Assembly (NCBI GenBank): GCA_964611705.1
Contig: CAZTAW010000001.1
Span: 1-41,575, forward strand
Reading direction: 5' to 3'
Length of the DNA stretch: 41,575 bases
DNA from: an uncultured Bacteroidales bacterium
Lineage (GTDB): Bacteria > Bacteroidota > Bacteroidia > Bacteroidales > JAIOZK01
How positions within the stretch are numbered: the stretch's first letter is position 1; each line of letters begins with the position of its first letter. Positions 25,201-34,402 of this stretch are shown in pieces. The notes under the pieces were generated by a model, which ran no database searches, had not been told where the DNA came from, and was given only the letters and a program-made list of their open reading frames with translations. Position numbers and translations under genes: made by a program.

Positions 25201-26868
25201 TTAATGTTTGAACTTCACCAGGAATAAATCCTTGTCTTCATACTCACAGGTAAATTCGTAATAAATTCTAAAATCTTTACCAAGATGAATGAATTTATCA
25301 ATCTGATTTTTGTCGAAGATATAGAATATGTTGGCTTTGTATTTATTATCCTGACAATATTCCAGTATTTTCATCCGTTCCCGGGCAATGTAAAAAATAA
25401 CATCTTCATTGATGCTTGTGCAAAGAAATAGTTCTTCATCACCTGTCATTCGTCCAACTTCAATGGCACCTTTTTTAAACGTTACTTCTCTGAGTGATGA
25501 TACATGCACGGGTTGCATGATCAAATTAAAACCGATACGTGCTATAATGATAATTATAATAAAGCTTAGTATTTTCCGGGTTTTGGTTTTGATGAAAAAT
25601 ACTGTAAAAAAGAGCAAGACTGCAAATAGTGAAAGACTAATGGGAATGATACCATTAATGTTGCTTGTTTTCTCGTAAAAAGGAGCATATAAAGGGACAA
25701 TGGTTATTATAATACTCATCGTTGCGAAAACATAATACAGAATTTTTAAACGTTTTTTATCCTGCAGATAAAACCTGTTGTAAAACCAGTAAAGGATGAA
25801 ATAAATAAGTGGAAACAGAAAAACATAGTATTTGATCTTTGTATGATCAGCTCCCGGAGATAACCAGTAAACCAGTACGTTAAAGAAAAGTACCAATACG
25901 GAATATTTCAAAAACTTATCCTCCTGATTTACGATTCTGAGAAATCTTTTTCTGATTACAAATATGATCAGGATAGCCCAGGGAAGCATATTGTATAAGG
26001 TTTGCACCGGGAAAAGGACCAGATGGTTTATAAAATAAGGAAAGTATGACCACATGGATTTTTCGTTGGCGGATTGTGCGGCTGAATCGAATAATGGAAC
26101 CGCCTTTATCAGTGATTCATCAAATATCCTGAAAAAAACCTGATCGTAAAAACCTGGATTTAAACTGAAATAAAAGTAGTAATATGTTCCCAGAGGTATA
26201 ACAAAGCATAATATTCCGACAAGATGCTGCCAGCTAAAAAGAATTTTGAATTTTTTGTTATAAATAAAAACCACCAAAAGCGTAATTGCCTGAAATGCCA
26301 AAGCAGGTAATCCTTTAACCATGTATGCTGCTCCAACTAATAAATATGAGAAAATAAACAAGAGCCAGTAGTTTTGTTTTTGCAGATAGTGATAAATAGT
26401 ATAGTATGCGAGTATCAGAAACCAGGCATATGTAATGTCAACCAGACCTACGGATGAATACCCAAAAAATATGCACCCGCCGGTGATAAAGAAAAATGCA
26501 TTTACAAATGCAAAGTGTTTACCGTATCTCTCATGCAGAAAATAATAAATTGTAACCCCGATAAGCAAAATGCTGATAATAACCGGAAGCCTGATGATAT
26601 ATTCATTATAAAGTCCTGTTATTTTGTAAATCAGCAGAATGAACCAGTTAAACAGAGGAGGTTTGTTAAAATAAAGCTCCCCACTTATTGTAGGAGTGAT
26701 ATAATCGCCTGAAAGCAACATTTCAAAAGCAACCAGTCCCCTGAATGCGCCATCAAAGCGCAAGGGCATAAGTCCAAGATTGATCAGCAGGGCGGGGATC
26801 AATAAAATAATGGCCAGCAAATATAAAAGCCATGCATTTTCTTCAAGAAATTTAACGATACGGTTCAT
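25201..26868 (-). CDS. GT-C fold membrane glycosyltransferase (ArnT/PMT_2-like), paralogue 1
   Basis: It is a multi-TM protein. The first-loop Asp (PLRFDGAFRG) and ...YFNKPPLFNW... match the family 39/83 pattern. The N-terminus is about 60 percent identical by eye to 28057-30048. Confidence 0.75.
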   Translation of the reverse strand: MNRIVKFLEENAWLLYLLAIILLIPALLINLGLMPLRFDGAFRGLVAFEMLLSGDYITPTISGELYFNKPPLFNWFILLIYKITGLYNEYIIRLPVIISILLIGVTIYYFLHERYGKHFAFVNAFFFITGGCIFFGYSSVGLVDITYAWFLILAYYTIYHYLQKQNYWLLFIFSYLLVGAAYMVKGLPALAFQAITLLVVFIYNKKFKILFSWQHLVGILCFVIPLGTYYYFYFSLNPGFYDQVFFRIFDESLIKAVPLFDSAAQSANEKSMWSYFPYFINHLVLFPVQTLYNMLPWAILIIFVIRKRFLRIVNQEDKFLKYSVLVLFFNVLVYWLSPGADHTKIKYYVFLFPLIYFILYWFYNRFYLQDKKRLKILYYVFATMSIIITIVPLYAPFYEKTSNINGIIPISLSLFAVLLFFTVFFIKTKTRKILSFIIIIIIARIGFNLIMQPVHVSSLREVTFKKGAIEVGRMTGDEELFLCTSINEDVIFYIARERMKILEYCQDNKYKANIFYIFDKNQIDKFIHLGKDFRIYYEFTCEYEDKDLFLVKFKH

Positions 26869-26900
26869 TGTGTTCTGTGTTTATAATAGATGGATTTTTG

Positions 26901-26908
26901 CAAATATA
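26901..26908 (-). promoter_or_regulatory. Bacteroidota -7 promoter box (TATATTTG)
   Basis: Matches TAnnTTTG and lies 32 nt upstream of ATG 26868. Confidence 0.4.
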
Positions 26909-26957
26909 GCAATACCAGGCTTACGATTTCTTTCTTTTGTTATATATGCAGCTTTAA

Positions 26958-27044
26958 TCCGCCTGAGGCGGACGAGGGTTAATTCCCCGCCCCTTGGGGC
27001 GTTTTTCAATATTCCATTTAATACTCCGCTGCTCTGCGGCGGGG
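26958..27044. repeat. cluster of GC-rich REP-like hairpins
   Basis: TCCGCC-TGA-GGCGGA lies at 26958-26972, CGCCC-CTTG-GGGCG at 26988-27001 (followed by TTTTT), and CCGC-TGCTCT-GCGG at 27026-27039. A long-range pair CCCCGCC (26985) / GGCGGGG (27038) is also present. The cluster stands out in AT-rich intergenic DNA. Confidence 0.7.
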
Positions 27045-27166
27045 TAGTTTATTAGCGTCAACTACATTCACAAAAACAGGGAAAAGCCTGAATGCATAAT
27101 CAGAGAGATAAGCAAAAGTGAAGTCGAGCCGAAAGATAAAGTGCCCAGCTATTCCTATTCAAATAA

Positions 27167-28060
27167 TCAATTATTTTGTTCATGATTCTCAATAGCTAAT
27201 TTAGCAGGTTTGAATGAATAATAAATACCTGAAAAGGAAACAAGCACTGTCATCAGGTAAAACATAAAACTTAATGCAATAGATTGATTGATGTCAAGAT
27301 GCATAAATTCAGCTCCATACAAGAATGTGATTTCCCGTGCACCAACTCCGCCAATTGTGATTGGAATGGTTGCTACAATGGAAGATACCAGAAATAAGAC
27401 CATATATTCAATCAAGTGATTAGTAGTACCAAAGGCAAGCAGTATAAAAAGCGCACATAGCAACTGAAAAATCTCTTTTATAAATGATTGTGTGATGGTA
27501 ATGGGAACAACTTTTGAAAATTGTTTCCAAAACCATTTGATCAGAAAATAATGAACGATAATTGCCGTTGGAAGCAGTATCAAGATAAACCATCTGTAAA
27601 TACCAAAGTGAGCTACAAATATCGCCAGTAAAAATCCCATGCAGACCAATGCAACCATACCATTGATCCTGTCAAGAAAAACAGCCCAGAACAATTGTTT
27701 TACTTTTGCCTTGAACTTTTTGTTTAGCAGATAGATTTTGTAACCATCCCCGCCGATTCCTCCCGGGAGAAAGAGGTTATAATACATCCCCAGAAGGAAT
27801 AATTTAAAATTTGAGTTTTCAGAGATATTTACATCAAGGCACCTTAAATAGTTGTTAAGTCGGTAGGCTGAAACCCATTGGCTTAATGTAAATGCAATTA
27901 ACCCTGCAATTAATAATAGCAAATTTGATTTTTTGTATAGTGTCAGAACCTGAGTTATGTCAATTTCCCTAAAAACAATATACAGGGCTGCAGCAGTAAT
28001 TGACAGTTTCAGAAGTATCTTTCCATACTTGATCAGTTTATTCTTAACACTTTTCTTCAA
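27167..28060 (-). CDS. UPF0104 / LPG_synthase_TM flippase-like membrane protein
   Basis: It has about 8 TM helices. ...LFLLGMYYNLFLPGGIGGDGYKIYLL is the hallmark block. Its ATG overlaps the stop of the upstream GT-C gene (4-nt overlap). Confidence 0.75.
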   Translation of the reverse strand: MKKSVKNKLIKYGKILLKLSITAAALYIVFREIDITQVLTLYKKSNLLLLIAGLIAFTLSQWVSAYRLNNYLRCLDVNISENSNFKLFLLGMYYNLFLPGGIGGDGYKIYLLNKKFKAKVKQLFWAVFLDRINGMVALVCMGFLLAIFVAHFGIYRWFILILLPTAIIVHYFLIKWFWKQFSKVVPITITQSFIKEIFQLLCALFILLAFGTTNHLIEYMVLFLVSSIVATIPITIGGVGAREITFLYGAEFMHLDINQSIALSFMFYLMTVLVSFSGIYYSFKPAKLAIENHEQNN

Positions 28061-30048
28061 AACAAATCAAATTCCTTTTGGTTTTCTGTTTCTTCCTTCA
28101 ACCTTACCAATTTTAATAATTTCTTTTCCCATACTATCCTGAATTCATAAATACTATCAAATTCGATTTCATCATCATGCCGGGTATCTACCAGGTAATA
28201 CTCACTGCTGTTGAAATTGTCATGTTTTCTTTGCAAGAGATACATTCTTTCGCGTGTTATATAAAAAGCGCTGAAATCATCAATCCATGATTTTTTATAA
28301 ATAAACAGCTCGTTATCTTTCATCATTTGACCGGTTTTAACTGCAGCTTCCCTGGCAACTATTTCGTGGGCCAGAACACCCCTTGCCTCCAGTACCGACC
28401 AGTTGAATCCGATCCTTACAATAAGCAGAATTATCCCAAAAATCAAGAATCTTTGTGTTTTTACCTTGAAGTATAAAATAGTAAAAAATGCCAGCCCAAT
28501 AAATAAAACCATTGTTTTCAGATAAATAAGCGGAAAATCACGTGTTTCTTTCAGGAAAGGCAATGACCAGACACCCAATGTAGCAATAATACTGAAAACA
28601 AGGAAGACGATTTCAATGAATTTCACCTGGGCGTGATTTTGTTTCCTGTATTTATCATAGAAATGCAAAAAAACAAGAAATATCATTGGGGCCAGCATCA
28701 GCAAATAACGGGGGTGAACTTCGGGAGATGTCCAGTATACAATAATGTTGACGAAAAAGATGATGGCATTGTATTTGACAAAAGGTTCTTTTAGAATTTC
28801 ATGATATTTAATAACGAATCTTAACGAAAAAGCGATCAGGGCAAAAAGTAGCAAGGAAACTACGTATTGAATGATTTTAAAGAAAGCAGAAATCTCAACA
28901 ACAAAAAAGCTTAATGCAATCAATGGTATACTGATAGATATGGCTATAAAACTATACCTGATCTGAATTTTCTCATCTTTTAATAATTGGGTATCGCGAA
29001 CTGTTTTGTACAAGCCGAGAAATAAAAGAATGGTGATTGGAATGAGCAATAAGGTTAAATGCGGATAACTTTCATAAAGAATAAAGTATGAAACTAAACT
29101 TACCAGGAAAAGCCCCGTAAAGACCCGGCATTTTTTTATAATAAAAAACCTGGCAAACAATTTCAGGTCAAGTATAAAAATGATGAGAAACGACCAGGGG
29201 GCAAAGTGGTAAAGCATATTCAAGGGAAACTGTATGAAATGATGTATGGTACGTTCCCAGCCAAAACGGATAATTGTCCTGCGGGTGGATTGCTCGAAAA
29301 GAATACTGATAACATCATCAAGCGTACCCGGGAATTGTGACATATAAAAGAAGTAGTAAATTCCGACTAAAACAAGGAAAGTTAGTATACCAACAGCATG
29401 CTGCCAGGAAATTAGTTTTAGGAATTTTCTTTTATAAAGGAAAAAAACAAGTAGTGTGGTTCCCTGAAAAACAATTGCCGGCAAACCTTTAAACATATAT
29501 CCCACAGCGGTGAGGATGTATGAATCAATAAACAACTGCCAGTATTTCCCTTTTTGAAAAAGGTTGTAAATGATCATGAAATTCACAAAAACAACCCATG
29601 AAAAAGTAGTGTCAATCAATGCCAGTTGCGTGTCCCAGAAAAGCATTCTTCCGCAAGTTACAAAAACAATGGCATTAACGAATGCAAACCGGCTGTTGTA
29701 ATGTTTTTTTATGATAAAATAGATGGTAAGTCCGTAAAGAAGGGTTGATACAACCGTAGGCAAACGCAATGTAAACTCTTCAAAGTTTCCAAACAGATAG
29801 GTATAGCCGATAATGATCCAATTGAAAAGGGGAGGTTTTTTCAGGTAATATTCACCGTAGATTGTAGGTACGGTATAATTATCACTGATCAGCATTTCGA
29901 GTGCAACCAACCCGCGAATATGTTCATCGGAGGTTAAAGGGAATAAGCCAAGATTGATTAATAGTGCCGGAAATACAAGGATAATAGCAATGACATATAA
30001 AAACCAGACATTCCTTTCAAAATATTGAACAATTGTTTTCAAAACCAT
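28057..30048 (-). CDS. GT-C fold membrane glycosyltransferase (ArnT/PMT_2-like), paralogue 2 with about 115-aa TM insertion
   Basis: It has PLTSDEHIRG (DE loop) and YLKKPPLFNW, and is collinear with paralogue 1 except for aa ~298-412. Confidence 0.75.
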   Translation of the reverse strand: MVLKTIVQYFERNVWFLYVIAIILVFPALLINLGLFPLTSDEHIRGLVALEMLISDNYTVPTIYGEYYLKKPPLFNWIIIGYTYLFGNFEEFTLRLPTVVSTLLYGLTIYFIIKKHYNSRFAFVNAIVFVTCGRMLFWDTQLALIDTTFSWVVFVNFMIIYNLFQKGKYWQLFIDSYILTAVGYMFKGLPAIVFQGTTLLVFFLYKRKFLKLISWQHAVGILTFLVLVGIYYFFYMSQFPGTLDDVISILFEQSTRRTIIRFGWERTIHHFIQFPLNMLYHFAPWSFLIIFILDLKLFARFFIIKKCRVFTGLFLVSLVSYFILYESYPHLTLLLIPITILLFLGLYKTVRDTQLLKDEKIQIRYSFIAISISIPLIALSFFVVEISAFFKIIQYVVSLLLFALIAFSLRFVIKYHEILKEPFVKYNAIIFFVNIIVYWTSPEVHPRYLLMLAPMIFLVFLHFYDKYRKQNHAQVKFIEIVFLVFSIIATLGVWSLPFLKETRDFPLIYLKTMVLFIGLAFFTILYFKVKTQRFLIFGIILLIVRIGFNWSVLEARGVLAHEIVAREAAVKTGQMMKDNELFIYKKSWIDDFSAFYITRERMYLLQRKHDNFNSSEYYLVDTRHDDEIEFDSIYEFRIVWEKKLLKLVRLKEETENQKEFDLF

Positions 30049-30058
30049 TCGATTTTGG

Positions 30059-31975
30059 TTAATTTTCCTGAACTGTCAGTTTGTTTTCTACCAAAGCTTT
30101 TTTATAATGATTAATTATCGCCCTGCCAAGTTCATCCTGACTGATGGAATCAAGAATTCCGGTATTAACAAGATTTGTTTTGCAGAGGCTGTCATTATTT
30201 ATATCATAAACAGCTTTAACTTTATCATTTTTATAAACGATGGCAAATTTATCTTTAAAAATGATATCTCCATCATTTCTGAACAAAGAAAATGAATTGA
30301 ATACAGAATCCCGATTCGCAATACTTTGGCCGTAGGCAAAAATCTTCCCTTCATAATTGAGCAAGTCCATGACGGTAGGAAAAATGTCGGTTTGCTGGGA
30401 TTCGTCAGGGTATTTGCCTGCCAGGCTGTTATCGGGTTTGAAGTAAATGATCGGGATGGCATTTTCACCCATTGAATTTTTATAGTAGGGTAGATAACGT
30501 TCTACAGCACGTGGCCCGTGATCGGCAGTAATAACAAAAAGTGTGTTTTGATACCAGGCTTCTTTTTTTATTTGATTGAAAAATATCTTTAATGAATAGT
30601 CAACATAGGCTGCCGATTTATGAATTGGCAATTTTCCATCCGGGAATTTTCCTTTATGTTGATCCGGGATTTTATAAGGATCGTGTGATGACAATGAGAA
30701 AAAGACACCCAGAAAAGTTTTATTTACTTCTTTTGCAAAAAAGCCCAGATAATCCTCGTCGAATATGCCCCATTTTCCATCATAATCACCATTATCGGGA
30801 TATTCATTCAAACCGTAATATTCATCAAAACCAACTGAATAAACATAGGAATCAAAATTCATTGTTCCGTTTTTTCCACCATGAAAAAACAGGCATTTGT
30901 AACCTTTTTCACCAAGTTTGGTGGCAATGCTGTTGATTGTATTTTGGGTATAAATTGAGCTTACATAATCGTCTTTCATTAATGAAGGAATTCCGGAAAG
31001 GATGTTTGGCAATGATCTTAATGAACTTTCATCGTTTGCATAAGCATCCGTACAAACTAAGCTTTTCTGAATAAGCGAATCAAGAAAAGGGGTGTAACTA
31101 AGATATTCGGGATGGTTTCTTAGCGTTGGATTCAATGCACCTGTGAATTCTTTTGAGTAGCTCTCAAGTATCAGTATGATTACATTTTCACCGGTAAAAC
31201 TACCGGGCTGGTTTTGAAAAACTATTACCGGATCAAAGTTTCTTTCGTTTTTAATTGGTTCGGTAAATTTAACTTTTTTCTTATCCATGGTTTTGATAAA
31301 TACAAAAGGGTTATTGGTTACCAGTGAGAAATTTTGGGTTGTAGTATACTTGCCAGCCATGATAATATCAATGGGTTTCAGTTGTATGCCTCCACGAACG
31401 CCAATAAGCGTGAGACCCATAATGATCAAAAAAATAAGTATTTGAATACCGAAATAACCGATTGGATTGTTAATTTTAAAGGCACTAAAAGATATTTTTC
31501 GCGAAAATCGAAGAAGAAAATATAGCAATATGAACCAGATCAACAAACCTGCCCAATGATTTATCAGAAAATAACCAATATCAGAAAAGCTAAATTTCAA
31601 AAGTGCTTCCGTTAATGATGGATAATCCAGTCTGCGTTGGTAAAGGTCAAAATATTCAATATCAAGGCAGTAGATCAAAAATCCGATGCTGTTGAAGACA
31701 ATGAAAACAATCTTGAGTACTATCTGATAAATCCTGTTATGGCGGAAAGGAACAGGAAGCAAGAAAAGTAAAATTAACAACGCGTTGATGGTAAGAATAC
31801 TTGAAATATCAAAGCGCATGCCTCCCAGAAAAATCCACAATGCATCGCTGAATCCATCAATCATAAAAGACTTAAAATGAAAGATTAAAAAAATTATGCG
31901 TAACAAAAAAAAGAGAAAAAAGACAGCAAGTAATAGTTTGCATAAATTTTTAAGATATTGAAGCTGGTTTTTCAT
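30059..31975 (-). CDS. LTA synthase / sulfatase-family membrane transferase (phospho-alcohol transferase-like)
   Basis: It has 5 N-terminal TM helices and an alkaline-phosphatase-superfamily ectodomain (ILILESYSKEF, FFHGGKNGTMNFD, SSHDPY, ITADHG). The start is moved to MKNQLQ (ATG 31975) to avoid overlap with tgt. Confidence 0.8.
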   Translation of the reverse strand: MKNQLQYLKNLCKLLLAVFFLFFLLRIIFLIFHFKSFMIDGFSDALWIFLGGMRFDISSILTINALLILLFLLPVPFRHNRIYQIVLKIVFIVFNSIGFLIYCLDIEYFDLYQRRLDYPSLTEALLKFSFSDIGYFLINHWAGLLIWFILLYFLLRFSRKISFSAFKINNPIGYFGIQILIFLIIMGLTLIGVRGGIQLKPIDIIMAGKYTTTQNFSLVTNNPFVFIKTMDKKKVKFTEPIKNERNFDPVIVFQNQPGSFTGENVIILILESYSKEFTGALNPTLRNHPEYLSYTPFLDSLIQKSLVCTDAYANDESSLRSLPNILSGIPSLMKDDYVSSIYTQNTINSIATKLGEKGYKCLFFHGGKNGTMNFDSYVYSVGFDEYYGLNEYPDNGDYDGKWGIFDEDYLGFFAKEVNKTFLGVFFSLSSHDPYKIPDQHKGKFPDGKLPIHKSAAYVDYSLKIFFNQIKKEAWYQNTLFVITADHGPRAVERYLPYYKNSMGENAIPIIYFKPDNSLAGKYPDESQQTDIFPTVMDLLNYEGKIFAYGQSIANRDSVFNSFSLFRNDGDIIFKDKFAIVYKNDKVKAVYDINNDSLCKTNLVNTGILDSISQDELGRAIINHYKKALVENKLTVQEN

Positions 31976-32039
31976 AAAAAGCAATTTTAATACTTCAATT
32001 GATCTCGCAGTCCGAAATATGATTAATTTATCGTTAATT

Positions 32040-33170
32040 TTATCTTCTTTCAGCAATACTTTTGACAAGACTATTTTTCCAGGCATCAAATTCATTAACG
32101 ATGATTTTTTTCCTGGCATCTTCCAAAAGCTTTATAAAAAAACGCAAATTATGCAAGCTGGCAATCATTGCGCCCAGTTGTTCACCCGATACCATCAGAT
32201 GCCTCACAAAAGCTTTAGAATAGATTGAGTCAACAAATGAATCACCTTCCTCATCAAGCTTGGAAAAATCATTTTTCCATTTTTCATTTTTAATATTGAT
32301 CACGCCTTTTCTTGTATAAAGTAATCCGTGCCTTGCATTTCGGGTTGGGATCACACAATCGAACATGTCAATTCCAAGTGAAATGCATTCAAGAATATTT
32401 TCTGGAGTGCCAACGCCCATCAGATAGCGAGGTTTGTCCTTTGGCAGTATGGAGCACACCAGATCCGTCATTTCGTACATAACATCATGTGGTTCGCCAA
32501 CCGATAGCCCACCAATGGCATTTCCGGATGCATACTTTGATGCGATAAACTCAGCCGATTTCTTACGTAGGTCCTTGTATACACTTCCCTGAACGATTGG
32601 GAAAAGCGCTTGCTGGTGAGCGTGTTTTAATGCTGTGTTTTCAAAGCGAACAATGCACCTGTCGAGCCAGCGATGTGTAAGATGCATTGATTCTTCGGCA
32701 TATTTGTATTGGCAGGGATATGGTGTGCATTCATCAAACGCCATGATAATATCAGCACCAATATCCCGCTGTATATCCATAACATTTTCAGGTGTAAATT
32801 TATGCCTGGAGCCATCAATATGCGATTGAAAAACAACCCCTTCTTCAGAAATCTTTCTTTTATGCGCAAGAGAGTAAACCTGATAACCGCCGCTATCGGT
32901 GAGCATGGGTTTATCCCAACCTGAAAACTTGTGCAAACTACCGCATTCTGATATTACTTCAGTTCCGGGCCGTAAATATAAATGATAAGTATTTCCGAGT
33001 ATAATTTGCGCTTTGGTATCCTCTTTCAGTTGATTGGCATAAACCAGCTTAACAGCCCCTAAAGTGCCAACTGGCATAAAAACTGGTGTTTTGATCAGCC
33101 CGTGACCGGTGATAATTTCACCCGCCCTTGCCAGTGTGTTTTTGTCCGTGTGAATCAGCCTGTAATTCAT
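32040..33170 (-). CDS. tgt: queuine tRNA-ribosyltransferase (tRNA-guanine transglycosylase)
   Basis: It has ARAGEI.T.HG.I.TPVFMPVGT, TDSGG(Y)Q, and the MAFDEC and YLMGVGTPE blocks. Confidence 0.93.
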   Translation of the reverse strand: MNYRLIHTDKNTLARAGEIITGHGLIKTPVFMPVGTLGAVKLVYANQLKEDTKAQIILGNTYHLYLRPGTEVISECGSLHKFSGWDKPMLTDSGGYQVYSLAHKRKISEEGVVFQSHIDGSRHKFTPENVMDIQRDIGADIIMAFDECTPYPCQYKYAEESMHLTHRWLDRCIVRFENTALKHAHQQALFPIVQGSVYKDLRKKSAEFIASKYASGNAIGGLSVGEPHDVMYEMTDLVCSILPKDKPRYLMGVGTPENILECISLGIDMFDCVIPTRNARHGLLYTRKGVINIKNEKWKNDFSKLDEEGDSFVDSIYSKAFVRHLMVSGEQLGAMIASLHNLRFFIKLLEDARKKIIVNEFDAWKNSLVKSIAERR

Positions 33171-33186
33171 TCTTTTATTGATGGGG

Positions 33187-33194
33187 CAAAGATA
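33187..33194 (-). promoter_or_regulatory. Bacteroidota -7 promoter box (TATCTTTG)
   Basis: Matches TAnnTTTG and lies 16 nt upstream of ATG 33170. Confidence 0.4.
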
Positions 33195-33245
33195 CTTTTT
33201 ATCCCGATTATTTCACAAACTATCGGTTGGTTAAGGAAGAATAGA

Positions 33246-33253
33246 TAATTTTG
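33246..33253 (+). promoter_or_regulatory. Bacteroidota -7 promoter box (TAATTTTG)
   Basis: Matches TAnnTTTG and lies 18 nt upstream of ATG 33272. Confidence 0.4.
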
Positions 33254-33271
33254 TAGCTTTAAAAATTCTAT

Positions 33272-34402
33272 ATGCCAAATTTATTAACTGAACAATTGTT
33301 GCCATTTTTGTTACTCATACTGTTTTTTCTGACGGTTGTAGTGCAATTGGTATATTACTGGTATTTTTTTAGCAAGCTTGCTTTTTATAAAAATGGAAGG
33401 CAAAGAACATCCCATCAAGAAGTTTCAGTTGTATTAAGCGCGAAAAATGAAGAAGCCAACCTGAGACAAAACCTGCCTTTAATACTTGAACAGGACTACC
33501 CGAATTTTGAAGTTGTTGTAGTGAATGATGCATCAACAGATGACTCTGAAATAATCCTTGATGAATTTTCAAAGAAACATGATCATTTGAAAGTTGTACA
33601 TCTGAGACAGGATTTAAACTTTTTCCGGGGTAAAAAATTTCCTTTGAGTATTGGAATAAAATCCGCTAAGAATAATATCATCCTGCTCACTGATGCGGAT
33701 TGCAAACCAGCAGGAAAAAACTGGGTCCGCCTGATGGAGACAAATTTTAAAAAATCAAAAGATATTGTTCTCGGTTATGGTGCTTATAAAAAAAACAAAG
33801 GATTTCTGAATCGCTTAATTCGTTTTGATACCCTCAACATAGCCATTCAGTACCTGTCATTTGCATTGAACGGGTTGGCATATATGGGTGTGGGCAGAAA
33901 CTTGTCATATCGTAAATCGTTGTTTTATAGCACAAAAGGTTTTATTTCGCACTATAAAGTAAGTTCAGGTGATGATGATCTTTTTATTAATCAGGTAGCA
34001 AACAAACAAAACACTGGCATAGAAATCAGACCCGAGTCCTTTACAATATCAAAACCGGCTGCATCTTTTAGCCGTTGGTTCAGGCAAAAACGCAGACATT
34101 TTTCGACTGGAAAATATTACAAAACACCGTATAAATTATTGCTTGGGATTTATTCCGGTTCACAGATCGCTTTTTATACCTTACTCGTTTTGGTGATTTT
34201 ATTTCCTTTTAACTGGATTATTGCTGCCACGGTTTTTGCTTTTCGGTTTATAAGTCAGATAATTATATTAAAAAAATGCAGTTATAAATTAAAGGAAAAA
34301 GATTTATTAGTATTTTCGCCTGTATTCGAAACATTGCTGATACTGATAAATTTATTACTGTTCATAACTAATTTGGTAGTCAGGCAGAACAAATGGAAAT
34401 AA
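33272..34402 (+). CDS. membrane-anchored family 2 glycosyltransferase
   Basis: It has an N-terminal TM helix, VSVVLSAKNEE...VVVVNDASTDDS, LTDADC and GDDD. An RW-containing block (SFSRWFRQKRRH) may be QxxRW-like. C-terminal TM helices are present. Confidence 0.8.
   Translation: MPNLLTEQLLPFLLLILFFLTVVVQLVYYWYFFSKLAFYKNGRQRTSHQEVSVVLSAKNEEANLRQNLPLILEQDYPNFEVVVVNDASTDDSEIILDEFSKKHDHLKVVHLRQDLNFFRGKKFPLSIGIKSAKNNIILLTDADCKPAGKNWVRLMETNFKKSKDIVLGYGAYKKNKGFLNRLIRFDTLNIAIQYLSFALNGLAYMGVGRNLSYRKSLFYSTKGFISHYKVSSGDDDLFINQVANKQNTGIEIRPESFTISKPAASFSRWFRQKRRHFSTGKYYKTPYKLLLGIYSGSQIAFYTLLVLVILFPFNWIIAATVFAFRFISQIIILKKCSYKLKEKDLLVFSPVFETLLILINLLLFITNLVVRQNKWK

Noticed and set aside
26780-27055. 91-aa ORF (+) ending ...RLRRTRVNSPPLGAFFNIPFNTPLLCGGVVY
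   Set aside because: Its 5' half is antisense to the GT-C gene and its 3' half simply translates the REP-like hairpins.
31976-32119. 48-aa N-terminal extension of the LtaS-like gene in the ORF track. Similar extensions occur at 8738-8902, 22210-22263, 22228-22302, 15807-15836 and 40284-40304.
   Set aside because: The extensions overlap neighbouring genes or predicted -7 boxes and precede obvious signal peptides or conserved N-termini. I prefer the downstream ATGs.
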